Source of the DNA: Podospora anserina
Lineage: Eukaryota
Length of the DNA: 64,000 nucleotides
Assembly (NCBI GenBank): GCA_017654855.1
Contig: CM030336.1
Location: 434,001 to 498,000, forward strand
Direction: 5' to 3'
Position numbers and translations under genes: made by a program. The notes beneath the pieces were generated by a model, which was not told the origin of the DNA, made no database searches, and was given only the letters and a program-made list of their open reading frames with translations. Shown here piece by piece: positions 23,051 to 37,515 of the stretch (position 1 is the stretch's first letter; each line of letters begins with the position of its first letter).

Positions 23051-26000
23051 ATGAGCATGGCAGGTCCGACTCTGGACAACGATGGCCATGTATGGACACT
23101 GCCGGATGTCGAATTCGCGATCCATCATGTGTTCTTACCGCCAAAGGTGCCCCAGTCCGACGACACCACTGGGACTGGAGAGGCCTTTCTCATCCGTTCG
23201 TTTCTCAAATCGCTACGCGAGTTTGCAGCTCTGCAGCCGGAAGAGGCGACACGACTGCAGCCCTTGGTGCGAATGATCGAGCGACTCTTGCGACTTCACA
23301 TCAACGAGTCAAAGCAGCAAGTTACGACTGAGGTTTTGCACGAATTGAGTGATGGTGGTAAGTCTTCCCAGTGTCTCGCTCCCCGACACTATCTATCACT
23401 CTTGGAATACGCTAACAACAGTAGAATCTGCCGTGTTTTATGTTCGGGAGCAAAATGCTGGCCTGCTTCTTACCGGAAAGGCCAATACCATCTTGGCCCA
23501 GGGCTTCGAGCTCTTGTCGGACAATGCATCGGTCATGTCAAACAGAGGACGTCTGATCCGCCAATTCCCCAATGCGGCAGCAGAGTTCCCTCGGGCCCTG
23601 TTGATGGATCCCAAGTTCGTGGAAGTATTTACCGATCACCTTTGCGAGTTGAGCAAAACCCCCATCGCGGCGGTCCGTCCCACGACTCGCAAGGCGAACG
23701 CTGATCATGACGAATATCGTGACACCGTCTCCCCTGTATTGGTCACGGGCATGCTTGTGGCGATCCTTCAAGGTCTGGGCCAAGTTATCAATCCCACAAC
23801 TATTACCAAGCGAATGAGGGAGCAGGTCAATTGGGACAACACTGATAAACCATTCCACCGGTCCCCGCTTTGGGTTCTTCTTCGTGCCGCCGTTGGAATC
23901 TTGCTTCGCCAAAGCTCAGGGACGATTGACCGAGACTTCCTGTACAAATCTGTCACCACTTTTTATCATGCCTCCCTGCTCGAGCTGGCCACCGACTATG
24001 GTTTCAATAGTGACCTTCGATCCACCATGGCCGCGAAAATTAACCGTAGAGTTGTCAAGCTCGATCACTTGGTGGAACTGCCTTGGACGACGCTCGTCCA
24101 AAAGGTTGTGGCTCGCGATCATGATGAGCTCAAGGGTAGATGGCTTGCTGCCCAACAAGAAAAACGTCTGTCAAAGACTGACAGGCCACTTGCGGGCCTT
24201 CGCTTTGCCGACGATACCAACCTTCAGCTCACCCGGCTCAAGAAACACCTGACCTGGATTGAATCTCGTCCATCAGCCAACACGGTTGATTCTGGACCTG
24301 GCGATGATTCAACAATGCCTGAGTTCTCGTCGACGAGGCCTCCCTCCCTAGACTCAAACCTGGAAATGCGGCCATTTGTTCTCTTGAACTTTGAGGCCTG
24401 GGTCGATCAACATCTGTCGTCATGGGTGGTCTCTCAACTTGACAAGAACAACAAGCAGCACGACAGGGCTGCGCATGGTATCAGTGAACTGGAATGCAAG
24501 ATCCAGACGTATCTTTGCTTTGCCAAAGACTTGTATGTCAATGACCCGGAGGCATTGTCCATGATGCATTTGGTCACCATGGAGCTGTGGGTTGCATTGG
24601 ACCGGATCGCTGGCGACGCCATTCCCCTTTTGTTGGAGTATGACCCTGGCTTTACTTCCGACATATTCTACCCTTTGATTCTGCCGACGAAGAGGCGAAT
24701 GGAGCGGCTGCAGACAATTGAGAACTATCTCGCCAACCGTCGAACAGGCACCTACCCATCTATGTTTTGCGGTTTTGGTGGGGCCAACTCCTTTGCCGTT
24801 CGGTACTCTGATGCGTCTCTTCCTGGTGGGCATTCCGATCTGCATTCCCAGATTGTTTCGTACGCGGAGAGGAATAAACATCAGAAGCTCGAGGAGTTTG
24901 ATGGAAAGCGCCAGGAGTATGTCAAGTTGTCCTCGGAACGATCACAAACGGACCATAACAGGACATGGAATCCGCAATCTCGCAGGCTCCAATGTTCCTT
25001 GGACTGTAAAGCATGTGACCTGGATGCAAGGCTACGGACGATAACAATTCGAAGGTTCGAGTGGCCACTACCTACGAATCGCTGCGAGGCCATAGCAGTT
25101 GTTTTCGAGATTGCTGTCCCCAGCGTCGTGCTTGTTTGGCGGAACACCACCGTGCATATCTTCCTGTCTATTCTGATGAACAGCAAGCTTTGTAAGGAGA
25201 GGGCGCCCCTGGAGCTTTACTACCCCGAAGAGCATTTTGGCTTGCAACGCTTTACCGGAAGCACCAGTAGCATCAAGCTGGCATCGGTGGTCAAATCTGT
25301 CGAGAGGTCTCACTACGGCAGTACGCAACACATCAGCATGTTCACTGAAGCGAATATCTGTGTTGAGCATGGATGCCGATATGACTATTACCACACTGGG
25401 AAGAACTTGAGGCACGATGAGATCTTCGAGAGGCCGTCCGTCGACAGCGCGTGTTCGCATGCAGCGCACGAACAAAACGCTCACCTGAGTAAATTTATTC
25501 GACAAAGCTCTCACGACTCAAACTACGTCATATCCTCCCAAGAGTGTTGTCCCCAGGATATGACGCTCGAAGCGTTCAGGGCTTTCGGACATCATCGTTC
25601 CGGGGATAGCCTCCAATGGGGCAACACCCTGAGCCAGTTGACTATGCCCTCACTAGATCTGAATCGACGGTCCACCTTTCTTTTAGTGATGCAATCATGC
25701 ACCGAGGCTGGCGCCCAGGACAAACTCAACTCAGTCTATCGTAAGGCTCACAATGATGCGGCAGATGAGCTCTTTGCTGGCAAGTTTCTTGGGGCGTTGG
25801 AAGACGCATTTGCCCGATTCCACGAGAACTGGCAGAATGACATTGCTGTCGGGCTGTTGGCCTGTTTGGCCACTCGTATCCTGTCCCTGACCAGCTCTTC
25901 TTCTATCGTTTCAGGGGTCCTCCAGCTCTTGGCCCGCATCAGGCAAACCTCCATGGCATGGACCCGACAGCTTTTGCGCAAACGATCTAAGAGTTCGTCT

Positions 26001-29000
26001 GAAAATGAACGCGAGGCGCTCGCCCACAGAGCACTCATGACAGCTTTCATTTGCATGTCGACATTTGACATGGATTCGGATCTGCTCAACCCACTGCTAT
26101 CGTCACCAAAACAGCTCTCACACTTTGTCGAGGCTGCAGTCACGGCATGCGATCACCTTCCTTCCAACTTATCCAATCCTATCTATCGTTTTATGGCTTA
26201 CAGATGGCGAAATGTGATGTATCAGTCAATGAGGGTGATGCGAGCAGAGATTATTGGAAATCGGAATTCCGGTTTTGGGTCCGCAGTGCAGCATATTTGG
26301 GCCGCCTTCGATCCATCTCAGTCAACGTGGTCAACTCGGCAAGGATCACAGGGCCATATCGTGGAGTCTTCGATGTACAAGAACGGGAAGAATACCAAGG
26401 CAAGCTGGAACATGTTGACAGGAGAGCTCCTTGTCAATGGACATCCGCTTTCACGGCTCCCTCGGGAATTTGAGAGCGATCAGAATTACAGCCAATTGTT
26501 TGGAACACGGGTTCTCGAGGTTGTGCCATCCACGATTCAAGGTATGCACTTCTCCGCTCGCCAGGACCAGAACGGATGGATTGTGCATTTTGCCATGTTG
26601 GACGGCATAGTCGTGATACAAGCTGTCAAGAGGGGATCAAACGACGAGGAGCTCTGGGAATTCATCCCACGTTCTTGCTTCTTGGGAGGCCTTTCCAAGT
26701 CGTTCGTCATGGACTTTTCACACTGGAGAAATAATAGCACCGGCGAGATTGAGTTTCGTCCAGCAGCAACACCATGGGAGCACTCGCCCGATCACTGGCT
26801 CCTCGCAAAAGAAGGCGTCCGAACAGTTTTAAGGCTAGACCAAGACCTTGTCATAGACCTTCATAGCGAGACGGCTCTCGCAATTTCGACTAGACTGAAG
26901 CCTTTAGACTGCAGGGAGAACATTGACATGATATTTCATCAAGGTGCAGACAAGGGCCAGCTGAATGTCACTTTGCCCCGATTCGCTCTTTCCTTTTCCC
27001 TTGCACCAGGCAGTTCAAGTCTTCGTTCGAAGCATTACGCCGGAATGATTATCGACGAACGTCAGGAAATCGGTGCTCTAATTGGGCTCAAGAGCAAGCT
27101 GGTTCTACGAGACGAGAAACATGTGGACAACTTACAGCCTTCACGACTCCTTCTCATACCTCGTGGCCAGCCCAATGTCACAATGCATGATGACCATGTC
27201 CGCGTCAAGATCCGAAAGGGAAACATACCACACGTCAAGCACGAAGCATTCAGAATTGACACCCGACTTGGTCAACTCGTCGACAACGGATCATTGGTCA
27301 GCAAGCTATATCTATGCTTGCTGCACGCTTTGACATCCCACTGTCTCCCTGATCCTTTGACCAGTCGCACTGGCACTGAAGAGGCAACCAGAGTACTGCA
27401 GCTCTCAGCGGTCCGGTCGTTCCAACGCCTAGAAAGCGATTGCATCGCAATCCTCGCGAAAATCTCTGGCCTGTCGCCGAAAAGAAGCTTTTATCCAGAA
27501 CATCTACAAAACATGGAACAGTGCAGTTGGAATCCTAACCTTCCCGTGCTCTCTCAGTATGATGGATTTCGGGCAATCGTCGAGGAAATTATTGCACATG
27601 CTGAAGATTGCGAGGTGCTATACGAGCAAAGCGAGGGTGGTGCTGGCAAGGCAATCCGTGAGTTGGCCAGGAGTGTGAAGACCCATCTTCTCACCGAGCG
27701 AGCAATCATCAGAAATTCGAGCTTCCGAGTCACTCAGTTTGGGGCCGAGGACCATTCGGCTCGGCATGATGTCCGTTATGGAGGACGGCACAGCAAAGAT
27801 CAGGAAGTCGAACGTTCAAGCATAGCCCGGAACATTGCATTGGTGGTTAGCTCTGGAGCTCCGCAACTATTGTTTCCCACAACACCGAGCCTCAAGCAAT
27901 CGATCTTGTCCATAACTAGCAACAGCTTTTCTGGGGATCCTCGAGTCGGCTTGGGATTCAACGCCGAGTACTATGAGAAGCCCGAGGTCGCTCTGAAGGA
28001 GCTCTGGTGCGGGCTGCACCGAGCACTCGCCACAGAAGAGAATTGTAACCGGATCATCTTCTTCCTCTCTTCCCTCTCTTTTGCAACCAAGGCAAATCTC
28101 GACGTGGTTCAAGCCTTGTTGGCCATAGCTACTCAGCGACGCATGTCTGGAGGTCTGGTCACCCCTCCTGACGAGCAGTCCTTTGATCTGGCCCATGACC
28201 GACTGTCATTGCGGCAAAGAGTTAAGAGCATCGTGACAGAGAAGCGTTTATCCATGAAGCTATGCCCCGACATGCCCGTCTACAGACAACGACACGAGAG
28301 CGAAAGTGACTTCCAAGCAAGGTACTATCAAGAATGGGAAACTCTGTCTGGTTCAATGGTTAGAGCACTGGTTTCAGACTTTGAAAGTCAGTGGTCGAAG
28401 TCTTGGACAGTCACGAGGCCTTCTTCGCGACAGCCTTGTGAGCACTGGGTACCTCTTAGTGTTGTGATACCATTGGTGAACAAGACGCTGGATCTCACCA
28501 GAAGGACAATTCTGTTCACAGACTATCTAGACAGCTTGGCGCTAGCCATTGAAGGCATGACCTGTCTAGCAACATCTCGTGGTTCTTTAGTGGCATCATT
28601 GCCATTTGCCGATGATGAGAACACGCAACGGCCATCCAGTACACCAAATGGTTTCATCAAGGACACTTCGCTTTTCTCCAATCCGCCACCTGAAATCCAT
28701 CGCCCCGTGCCAGAGAGATTCTTGGATCTGTTGGAAGAGATACCACCCGTTGACGTGGGAAAGAGGCCAATCACAAACCTTATCGAGCATATATCAGCTC
28801 TTGGACAGGAAGAGGAACACCAGCGCATCTACGTACACGAGCTTCACCAGAGTTCTAAAAGTGTCGGCACCGTACACGTCAGACTCAAGACACATGGACA
28901 GGCTCTTTTCTCCCGACTCTCCCAATATCTCATCAAGTGTCAAGGCGACAGCGCGCGGATCGAAAATGACATCGTGAGGGCATTGAAGTGCGGTGGAGTT

Positions 29001-32000
29001 TCCAAGGAGCTTTCTATCAGCGCCGACCTCTTTCCACGGATATCTCCCATTTTTCTTCTGCAGCATCTCAGAAGGAATAGATGGATCAAGTTATCTCCCG
29101 AATGGCGATTGGCTTTGATCAACTATGCCCTTTCGCTCGCATACCTGCAGCGGGCCGAGCGCCTAGTAAACTCCTGCCAATCCGCCAACCGGCGAGTCGA
29201 CTTTCTCAGGGAACTTCGAAATTTTGGGCACCATAACGAGAAAGACTTCGACCCCTTGGACTGGCCAGAGTATGTGCTGCTGGAGGTTGAACAAGGCATT
29301 TTGATACGGCCGGTACAGCATCAGATTGCTGCAAACATGCGCCAGCCTCCGGCGGGGAAAAGCTGCGTCATGCAGCTCAATATGGGGGAGGGCAAATCTT
29401 CAGTCATTGTTCCCATTGTCTCTATTGCGATCTCAGATGGATCCTGCCTAGCACGTGTGGTTGTTGCCAAGGCACAGGCGAAGCAGATGGAACACACACT
29501 TGTCAGTGCCATTGGCCGCTTGGTTGGCCGTCGCGTCTATTTTCTTCCCATCTCCAGGGCCGTCCGCGTTGACGGCAAGGCCATCAGAACCATTGCACGC
29601 TTGATACGGCAATGCAAGGAGGAATGCGGTGTGTTACTTGTACAGCCTGAGCACATCTTGTCATTCAAGCTCATGGGATTGGAGGGAGTTTGGAACAAGC
29701 ATCCTGTGGCTCAAACGATCCTTAGCACATATAGTGAGCTTGAAAGTATCTCTCGCGATATTGTGGATGAGAGTGATGAAAACTTCAGTGTCAAGTTTGA
29801 GCTCATCTACACCATGGGAAGTCAGCAGCCAGTCGATATGAGCCCCGAGAGATGGGTGTTGATCCAAGACTTGTTAGGTGTCGTCAGGGATGTCGCCAAG
29901 AAGCTCAAGCGTGGGGATGCAAAACAATCAGGGCCAACTGATGGACTCCTTTTTGAAGAGGAGTCCAACAGTGGTCGGTTTCCAACAATTCGGACCCTCG
30001 ATGAGTCTGCTGGTACGCAGCTGATGGAAGCCACTGCTCGCGAGCTGTGCCGTTTGGGCATGAGAGGTCTGCCCATCCAGCATCAGACCAGACAGATGCG
30101 TGATGCAGTTCTACAGTACATTATGGATCCTGATGTTGATCAACAGCACATTGAGATGGTGGAGAATGATCGGTCCGGTCTCGTTCAGAACGACACCATG
30201 AGAAGAGGACTTTTCCTGCTGAGAGGACTTCTGGCATCTGGTGTGCTTCAGTTTGCCCTGGGTCAAAAGCGTTTTCGCGTCAACTATGGACTTGCACCGG
30301 ACCGGCAACCAGCAAAGATGCTTGCAGTACCGTACAGGGCGAAGGATTCGCCGGCCCCACGTTCCGAGTTCAGCCATACAGATGTTGTCATCGTTCTGAC
30401 GTGCCTGAGCTACTACTACCGTGGTTTGACGGAGGCCGAGCTTTTTCTGTCCCTTGAGGTGCTTTCAACCTCTGATCGGGCTGAGCAAGAGTACTCCGAC
30501 TGGTCTCGAGCTTCTCCGCTCCTAGACCGTGCACTGAGACATTTCTCTGCTGTCAACCTGAAGGACAAAACACTATACACAGAAAAGCTCTTCCCAGGTT
30601 TGCGCTTCTCGAAACCGGTCATCGATTACTACCTGTCCACCGTTGTCTTTCCGAAGGATATGAGAGAGTTTCCATTCAAGCTTTCGAGCTCTGGATGGGA
30701 TCTCGCCAAGCCAAAGGCACATGCAGTCACGGGCTTTAGCGGGACAACGGACTCGAAATATGTCCTCCCCCCATCCATAACCGCGCTGGATCTTCCAGAG
30801 CAGATATATACCAACTCTCATGTGCTAGCATGTCTGTTGCAGAGCGAGAACACGGTTGTGGAGCTGGGAACTGAGCAGGAAGACCTCTGCGCCTTGACAG
30901 TGAACATGCTCCTGTCAGCGGTTATCAAGTCAATCCAGGCGATGCGCGTCATTCTTGACGTTGGTGCGCAGATCGTTGAGCTCAGCAATCTTCAATTTGC
31001 CAAGCACTGGCTTTCTGTTGTCTCGGATGCAGACGCTGTCATCTTTTTCAACGACAACGATGAGCTGTCGGTGGTCACTCGAGATGGGACAGTGGAGTCA
31101 TTCTACACTTCACCTTTCAAGACTCAGACGGAGCGGTGTCTCGTTTTCCTCGACCAGGCACATACCCGCGGTACCGATCTCAGATTGCCAGATGACTACA
31201 GGGCTGCCGTGACTCTGGGTCCAGGGATAACAAAGGACACTCTTGTACAAGGTGGGTTAGCGCGTTCATTTTTCCCACAGTCTAATCATTCGTCATGATA
31301 CTAACTCATGCTTTCAACAGCCTGTATGAGAATGCGGAAGCTTGGTAGCGGTCAATCAGTGACATTTTGTCTCTCCCCCGAGATGCAAAGGAAAATTCGC
31401 GATTATGAAGGCATGGATGCCTCAGAACCCATCACCGTCATGCATGTTCTTGCGTTTGTCATATCCGAAACGTGGGATGACGCCCGCCGAAGCGTTCCGC
31501 TCTGGGCGACCCAGGGCCTGCGTCATCAACGCCAGGAGGAAATCTTGAGTCGTGTTGGAGGTTATGACAAGCTCCAGGTTGAAGATGTTGAAGAGTATCT
31601 TGAGGCTGAGGCACAGACTTTGGAGATGCGGTACCGACCAGGACCAGGAGCTCAGGCTCAGAGTTTGTCTTGCCAGCTTGAAGATGCTTCGAGTTTGGTG
31701 TCGAGACGGGCCGACGTTGCCGCCATTCGGGCGAAATGTATCAAGTTTGGCTTCAAAAACTTGGACTTGGTTGTCACACTGGAAGAAGAACAGGAGCGGG
31801 AGCTAGCTCCAGAGATCGAGCAAGAACGACACATTGAGCGTCCGGCACCTATGAAGCCGCTCATGCACTCGCTTCATCCAGATATCAGACTGTTTGTCGT
31901 AACTGGCAGGCTGGATCCAGAAAGTAGGGCAGTCTTGCCCGCATTTCACGCCATGCTTCGAAGCAGTGCGTCGAAGGTCTTCCCCGCGAACAAGTTCCCG

Positions 32001-32729
32001 TCTAGTTTACTGGTCACTAAAGATTTTGCCAATACTGTCCGGCCCAGCCAAGCTGGCTACTGCTCTGATTCATATCAGCGGCCCGTCCAATGGATCCTTA
32101 CTTCGAAGATCTCCGGAGATACTAAACAGACGGACACGGGCTCAAGAATGCTGATGGTCGTGGTCAGCCCCCACGAAGCGGAGATTATCAAGTCTCAGAT
32201 TCTCCGGGACTCCAACGTCGCGGGCACTCTGCACAGCTACCTCCCACGTTCGAGTCTCTCTTTCCGGAGTATGGAAGATCTCAAGACATTTACATACCCG
32301 TTCATGACACCAACGCAGCTCGAAAAGTGGACACCGCCCCCAGAGCTGATCATGCAGCTCAATCTCTTTGCCGGGCAGCTCTATCTTCGCAGTTATGAAG
32401 AATATGTCCGGATGTGTCGGTATCTCGGGCTGTCGTTTACCGAGAACAAGAGTGATGGTTCTGACGGGGTTGTGGTTGGAGCGGATGGGTTTGTTGGTCG
32501 CGCTGGTGGGAAGGGCTATGAGGATTGTCCTTTTGAGGAGAGTCCTGTTGGGTTCTTGAGCGTGCTTTACAAGAGGTTGAGGAGGGATTGTGCAAACATT
32601 GATAGGACGCACATGGGGACTGTTTTGGTGGGAGGGATTCTGACGGAGAAGGATTTTGAGGGGATTGGTGACGATGAAGAGGGGACTGGAGGTTTGGAGA
32701 AGGGGGTAGGACGGATGGGATTGGATTGA
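23051..32729 (+). CDS. Giant ~3180-aa DUF3638/DUF3645-family protein with P-loop/SF2-helicase-like motifs, 3 exons
   Basis: Exons 23051-23357, 23425-31251, 31321-32729 splice in frame (9543 nt); IHHVFLPPKVPQ, QLNMGEGKSSVIVP, DIVDESDE, LAVPYRAKDSPAPRSEFSH, GFSGT, FLDQAHTRGTDL, QACMRMRKLG, EEEQERELAPEIEQE. Confidence 0.92.
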
Positions 32730-33925
32730 TGGTTTGGTGTCGTTTGAAGAGAGGTTGGTTGGGTTGGAGATTGTTTGGAGATGGTGATTTGGGGAGATGG
32801 ATATCGAGGTTGGGGGTTTCTGCTCTTTGGGTATGGTTTATTGTTGGACTATTTGTTTGGAGACAAAGATGGGTTGCGAGGGTCATTGTTGATACCTCTA
32901 TGTTGTGAATTGTAACAAGTACTAGCAAATAATGAGATGTTGGGGTCTGTAAATTGTGGTCGCTGTAATTATAGCGGTTGTCCCCTGTAACTTGATTGCC
33001 TGTGCGAATAGGGGCGCGCAGTGGGAGCGCACTGTGCAATCCCTGGCGCTGGAACGCACTAAGATAATGGCCGCTACTGAGCAGCCACAGCCGCATCACA
33101 AAGCCCCCCCGCATTTTCAGGTTCCTCTACTCTCCCACTAACAACCTTTGACTGTCTGGGTCACCTTTCTCGCCTTCAAACAAGCTCATTATATCTCAAG
33201 TCTCAGGCTTTCAGTGGGGACACTCAGGTATGGTGTCTGTCACCGTTCTTTTTGATGAGATCAATGGCCAACGATCTAACGAATTTCCAGACTTGCTACA
33301 AAGTAACATCAAGCCCGCTACCTGCGCCGCAAGCCCCCTGCCGTTGGTTACACCACAGGCATCGTCGGGTGGGCTGCAGCCACTGAGATCTCTCAGCAGA
33401 GTCTATCTGGTGGAGGAACAGCATTATAGCCGGGATTATGGAGAGATTTTATCCCCTTAATTCACCATGTGGCACAGCACAGGGCCAGAATGCAACGCGA
33501 CACCAACCTTGAGCGCATCTAGAGGACACCCGCAGGTGGAGATCTTGGAATGAAACTTGGACTGTTGCGGGGTCGGGAATCGCTCGAGGTTCACCTCTCG
33601 ACCATCTCGACCGACCCTCGCTTCCTCGCGGCAAGCTGCTTCGTGGGGGCAGCGTGGTAGATTCAAGGGGCGAGTGCGCCTGTTGGCTCGGATGCGGCCA
33701 TCGTGGGTTCCGTTCTTTTCCATTTTCTGAGCCTCACGCTTGCCGTTGATGGGCGCTTGTGACGGGCGGGAGAGAGAATCGCGTTTCCTTTTTCCCCCGG
33801 CCTCTCCTCGTTTCCCTCTCTTTCTTTTCCTCGCTCCCGTTTTGCACACACGGTTTCCTATTACGTTGCGGTACTTCCTATCTTTACAGGGGTCGGAAGC
33901 AGCACGCGCTGTGATCCGCCAGAAA

Positions 33926-34970
33926 ATGAGGACTGCCACGGCAGCAACTATCCTGCTGCTATCAGCAGCGTCAGGGCTGTTTGTGTCGGCGCAGAGCGAT
34001 GGTCCATCTCAGTTCTCGAGTTTCTTATACCCAGTGCAGGATGATGATTCGGAAACCTACCACTTTATGGACACGGTGAATGTCCAGTACATTAGCAGCT
34101 TCACCAGGGTCACTCTGTGGACGTTCTGCAAGCCCGGTATAGGAGAGACGCGTACGTTCACCACATACCTGACCCAAGCAGCCAGCATATTCTCATAGAC
34201 ATTGCTGACACCGGTTAACAGAATTCATCCAAGAGGCACCCGGCTTCAACGCTACTGTGCCCGTCCTTCTCAATCTCACCTCGGCTACGCCGTGCTGGTT
34301 CAATCTTAGAAGCCCAGATGAGAAGTATGGTGCCAATAGTCAAACGTTCAACGTTATCGGCCAAGAGCGTAAGGGAGGGAGCAAGACGTTTGGGTTGGGA
34401 AATCCGCCGTCGAAAGAGTCGGCGTCGCCAAGTCAAACTCAAACGCAAACACAGACGACAACCTCCACGTCGACTTCCACAAGTGCGAGTTCAACGACCC
34501 AGTCATCGACAACCCAGACTGATGCTGCCGCCAACCAAACTGATGACAGTTCACCGACACCGACAAGCGGAAGTGTCCAACCGAGTTCGAATGATGCTCC
34601 GAGTTCAGGTCTCAGCGCAGGGGCATCGGCGGGTATGGCCGTCGGCGTGACGGTGGCAGTCATTGCAGTGGGAGCTGGCGCGTTCTGGCTCTGGAGGCGC
34701 AAGAGGAGAGGCGGGAAACTTCCAGTGGAAGACTACCAGCAACCACCAACAGGGCCCTATGGGAACGGCGATGTCTATGCCAAAGTTGGAGCTCCGCCAA
34801 ATTATGCGACAGCTCTAGGTCCTGCGACTCATGATCATTCCTATCAGCAATATCCACAGCATCAGTTTGGTGGGGAGTTGGGAACAGCAAACTCTCCGAT
34901 GGAGATGGGGGGAACAAATGTGTGGCCTGCGAATGGCCTTGGGGGGCGGGCGCATGAGATGGCTGGCTGA
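33926..34970 (+). CDS. Type I membrane protein with Ser/Thr-rich stalk (Mid2/cell-wall-sensor-like architecture), 2 exons
   Basis: Signal peptide; intron 34152-34221; S/T-rich tract; GLSAGASAG + TM helix + WRRKRR; cytoplasmic ELG/EMG/HEM motifs. Confidence 0.85.
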
Positions 34971-36064
34971 TGGGTTTGTCGTTATTGGGGGACCTTAATT
35001 CTGATATGCTTTCTAGGTAGCGAGGGCGTTCATGGTTGTGGGTTGGGGGTTGCATGCCGTCTGGTTGAAACACACCCATACTTGATGTTATTTGGACATT
35101 CTCATATCATGACAGACCAACTTTATCGCAAGCATCCAGACCCCCCAAGGCGTCCACGGGCTTGTTTCCCGCAAGATCTCGGGGCCGGACCTCGAGAAGC
35201 ATTTTGCCAACCGTTGCCGGCAAAGTCAAACGATGGTACGCCATTGTATTCCTCATCAATAGTCAGCATCACCCGCGGACTTCGGCTACCGGATACCCCA
35301 ATAGGATTTGCGACTTCCAAGAAACCAAGATGGCGTAAGCCTGAAGGAGTGGCTGACCGCATACCCCTTACTCCAAAACCACTCTACACCACCACCACAA
35401 CCCCGAATCAACCCCCCAGAAAAGGGAGTAAGCCCCGAGCCGGATGATACCGCCCCATTGATTCATTCATCATCACCTTTCCCGCCGTCAGTGATTGGGC
35501 AATCGCAATTCCCGCCTTCAAACGAAAAGGTTCCTGCATGAACGAATGACCCATATAGTCCCCGTTGGTAGCCTATAAGACTTGGCCGCTATCTCGTTCC
35601 AAGAAACCTGGGTACTTCAGCCTGATATGCAAGTCGTAATAAACACCCACACTTGCGCTAGGTACTGGTAAAGATCATCATACTAGGTGCCATACTCCCC
35701 CGCATTCATGTACACTCTAAACCATGTTGGCAAGTCGTGTTCCTCCCAAGCCAAAAAGTCCGGAGCACCGGTTTCCATGGGTCACCTGGGGCCATTTCAA
35801 TCTATGAAAGTGTGTGTGGAATATTTACCGGGACGCCGGCACAATGGGTTGTTTGACGAAAGATTGAAATCAAGGACCTCTCATCCAGACTAAGTAGACG
35901 AGTGAGACGTAGTCAGCGTGCGGGGAGAATGAAACCATAAGCAGTCCCAGAAGGATGTGGTAGGTATATATAACCGAGGCATCCGGACAAGGGCGGGTGG
36001 GGTTGGTTGGTGCCAGTCTGGTCTGGGTATTGTAGTGTCGGTTTTTGGACTTGAGAGAAAAAAT

Positions 36065-37515
36065 ATGAGGTTCTCGACAACGTTCATCATGGCCTCGGTC
36101 GCTCAGGCAGCGGCGGTTGTTCGCCAGACTGAAGGGTTTGCCCCGGGTGCTGATGGGAAATATACCATTTCCGCTCCTGGGATCAAGGCTCAGGTATGTC
36201 CTTTTTCATGAACATGGCGTGATCGTGTCCCTTGGCGGCGAATTCAATTCAAAAGCGGGGAAGACGGAAGCATTCACACTGACAAACTTGAAAATAGTTC
36301 ATCCCCTACGGCGCCACGCTCACCAACCTCTTTGTTAGAGACAAGAACGGCGATGATATTGATGTTGTGTTGGGATACGACGACATTGACTACTACCGTC
36401 AGTACACCATGATTCAAACAGAAAACAGCCTGAACCCTTTCCCTCCCCACAAAACTTTAGGCGAAGATGCAGCAGCAACTTGATCACTGGACCTTGACTG
36501 ACAGCTCGCTCGCTTCCAGCCGTCGACCCAGGCCATCCCGTCTACAACGCCATCCCGGGACGCTACGCCAACCGCATCGGCAACGGGAAATACTCCATCG
36601 GCGGCGTCGAGTACACCACGCAGAAAAACGACGGCGACAACACCCTCCACAGCGGGACGAACAACTGGTCGTTCCGCTTCTGGGACGTGACTGCCCTGTC
36701 GGAGGACTCGATCACTTTTTCGATTTTGGACAAGTCCAACTCTTCCCAGGGGTTTTTCGGCGATGTCAAGTCGAGCGTGACATACAGCGTTACCGACAGC
36801 ACGTGGAAAATAAAGATCACGGCTGATTCGCTTGATCAAAAGACTCGTTTGTTTTCCCCCTTTTCCCTTTTTCGTCTCGGTTGCCGCATTCTAACACTCA
36901 GATGGAAAAGCGATCCTCCTGACTCAGCACACCTACTTCAACCTCGACGCCTACCGCAACCCGGCCACCTCCCTGATCTGGGACCACACCCTCCACCTCC
37001 CCTACTCCTCCCGCTACCTCGAAGCCGACCAAGGCGCCCTCCCCACCGGCAAGATCCTCACCGCCGCCCCGGGCTCCATCAACGACTTCGCCTCCTCCGC
37101 CAACCTCAAGTTCGGCCACTCCCGCGATGACCCCAAGTTCCAGGGCAACTGCGGCGCCAACGGCGCGTGCGAGGGGTACAACGGGTACTGGCTCATCGAG
37201 GACGCCCCCGAGGACGCGGTCGTCCTGACGCTGGCGAGCGAGTTTAGTGGTGTCAAGGCGGAGCTGAGGACTGATCAGCCCGGGGTGGTGATTTATTCTT
37301 GCTCGTGGATGGACGGGAGCGCGGACGTGAAGAAGAGCACCCAGGGGCTGGGGGAGAAGAACAACAAGGTTGTCAAGAGCAGCTGTGTCGCGATTGAGGC
37401 GCAGGATTATCCTGATGGGATTAACAAGCCGGAGTGGGGACGTCTCGAGAAGCAGATCTTTGGGCCGGGGGAGCGGTATGTTCAGGAGACTTCTTGGACT
37501 TTTGGACTGGTTTAA
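36065..37515 (+). CDS. Secreted aldose 1-epimerase (mutarotase-like), 4 exons
   Basis: Signal peptide; FIPYGATLTNL, GRYANRIGNG, NTLHSG, LLTQHTYFNL, CVAIEAQDYPDGIN; introns start at 36194, 36398, ~36847. Confidence 0.92.
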
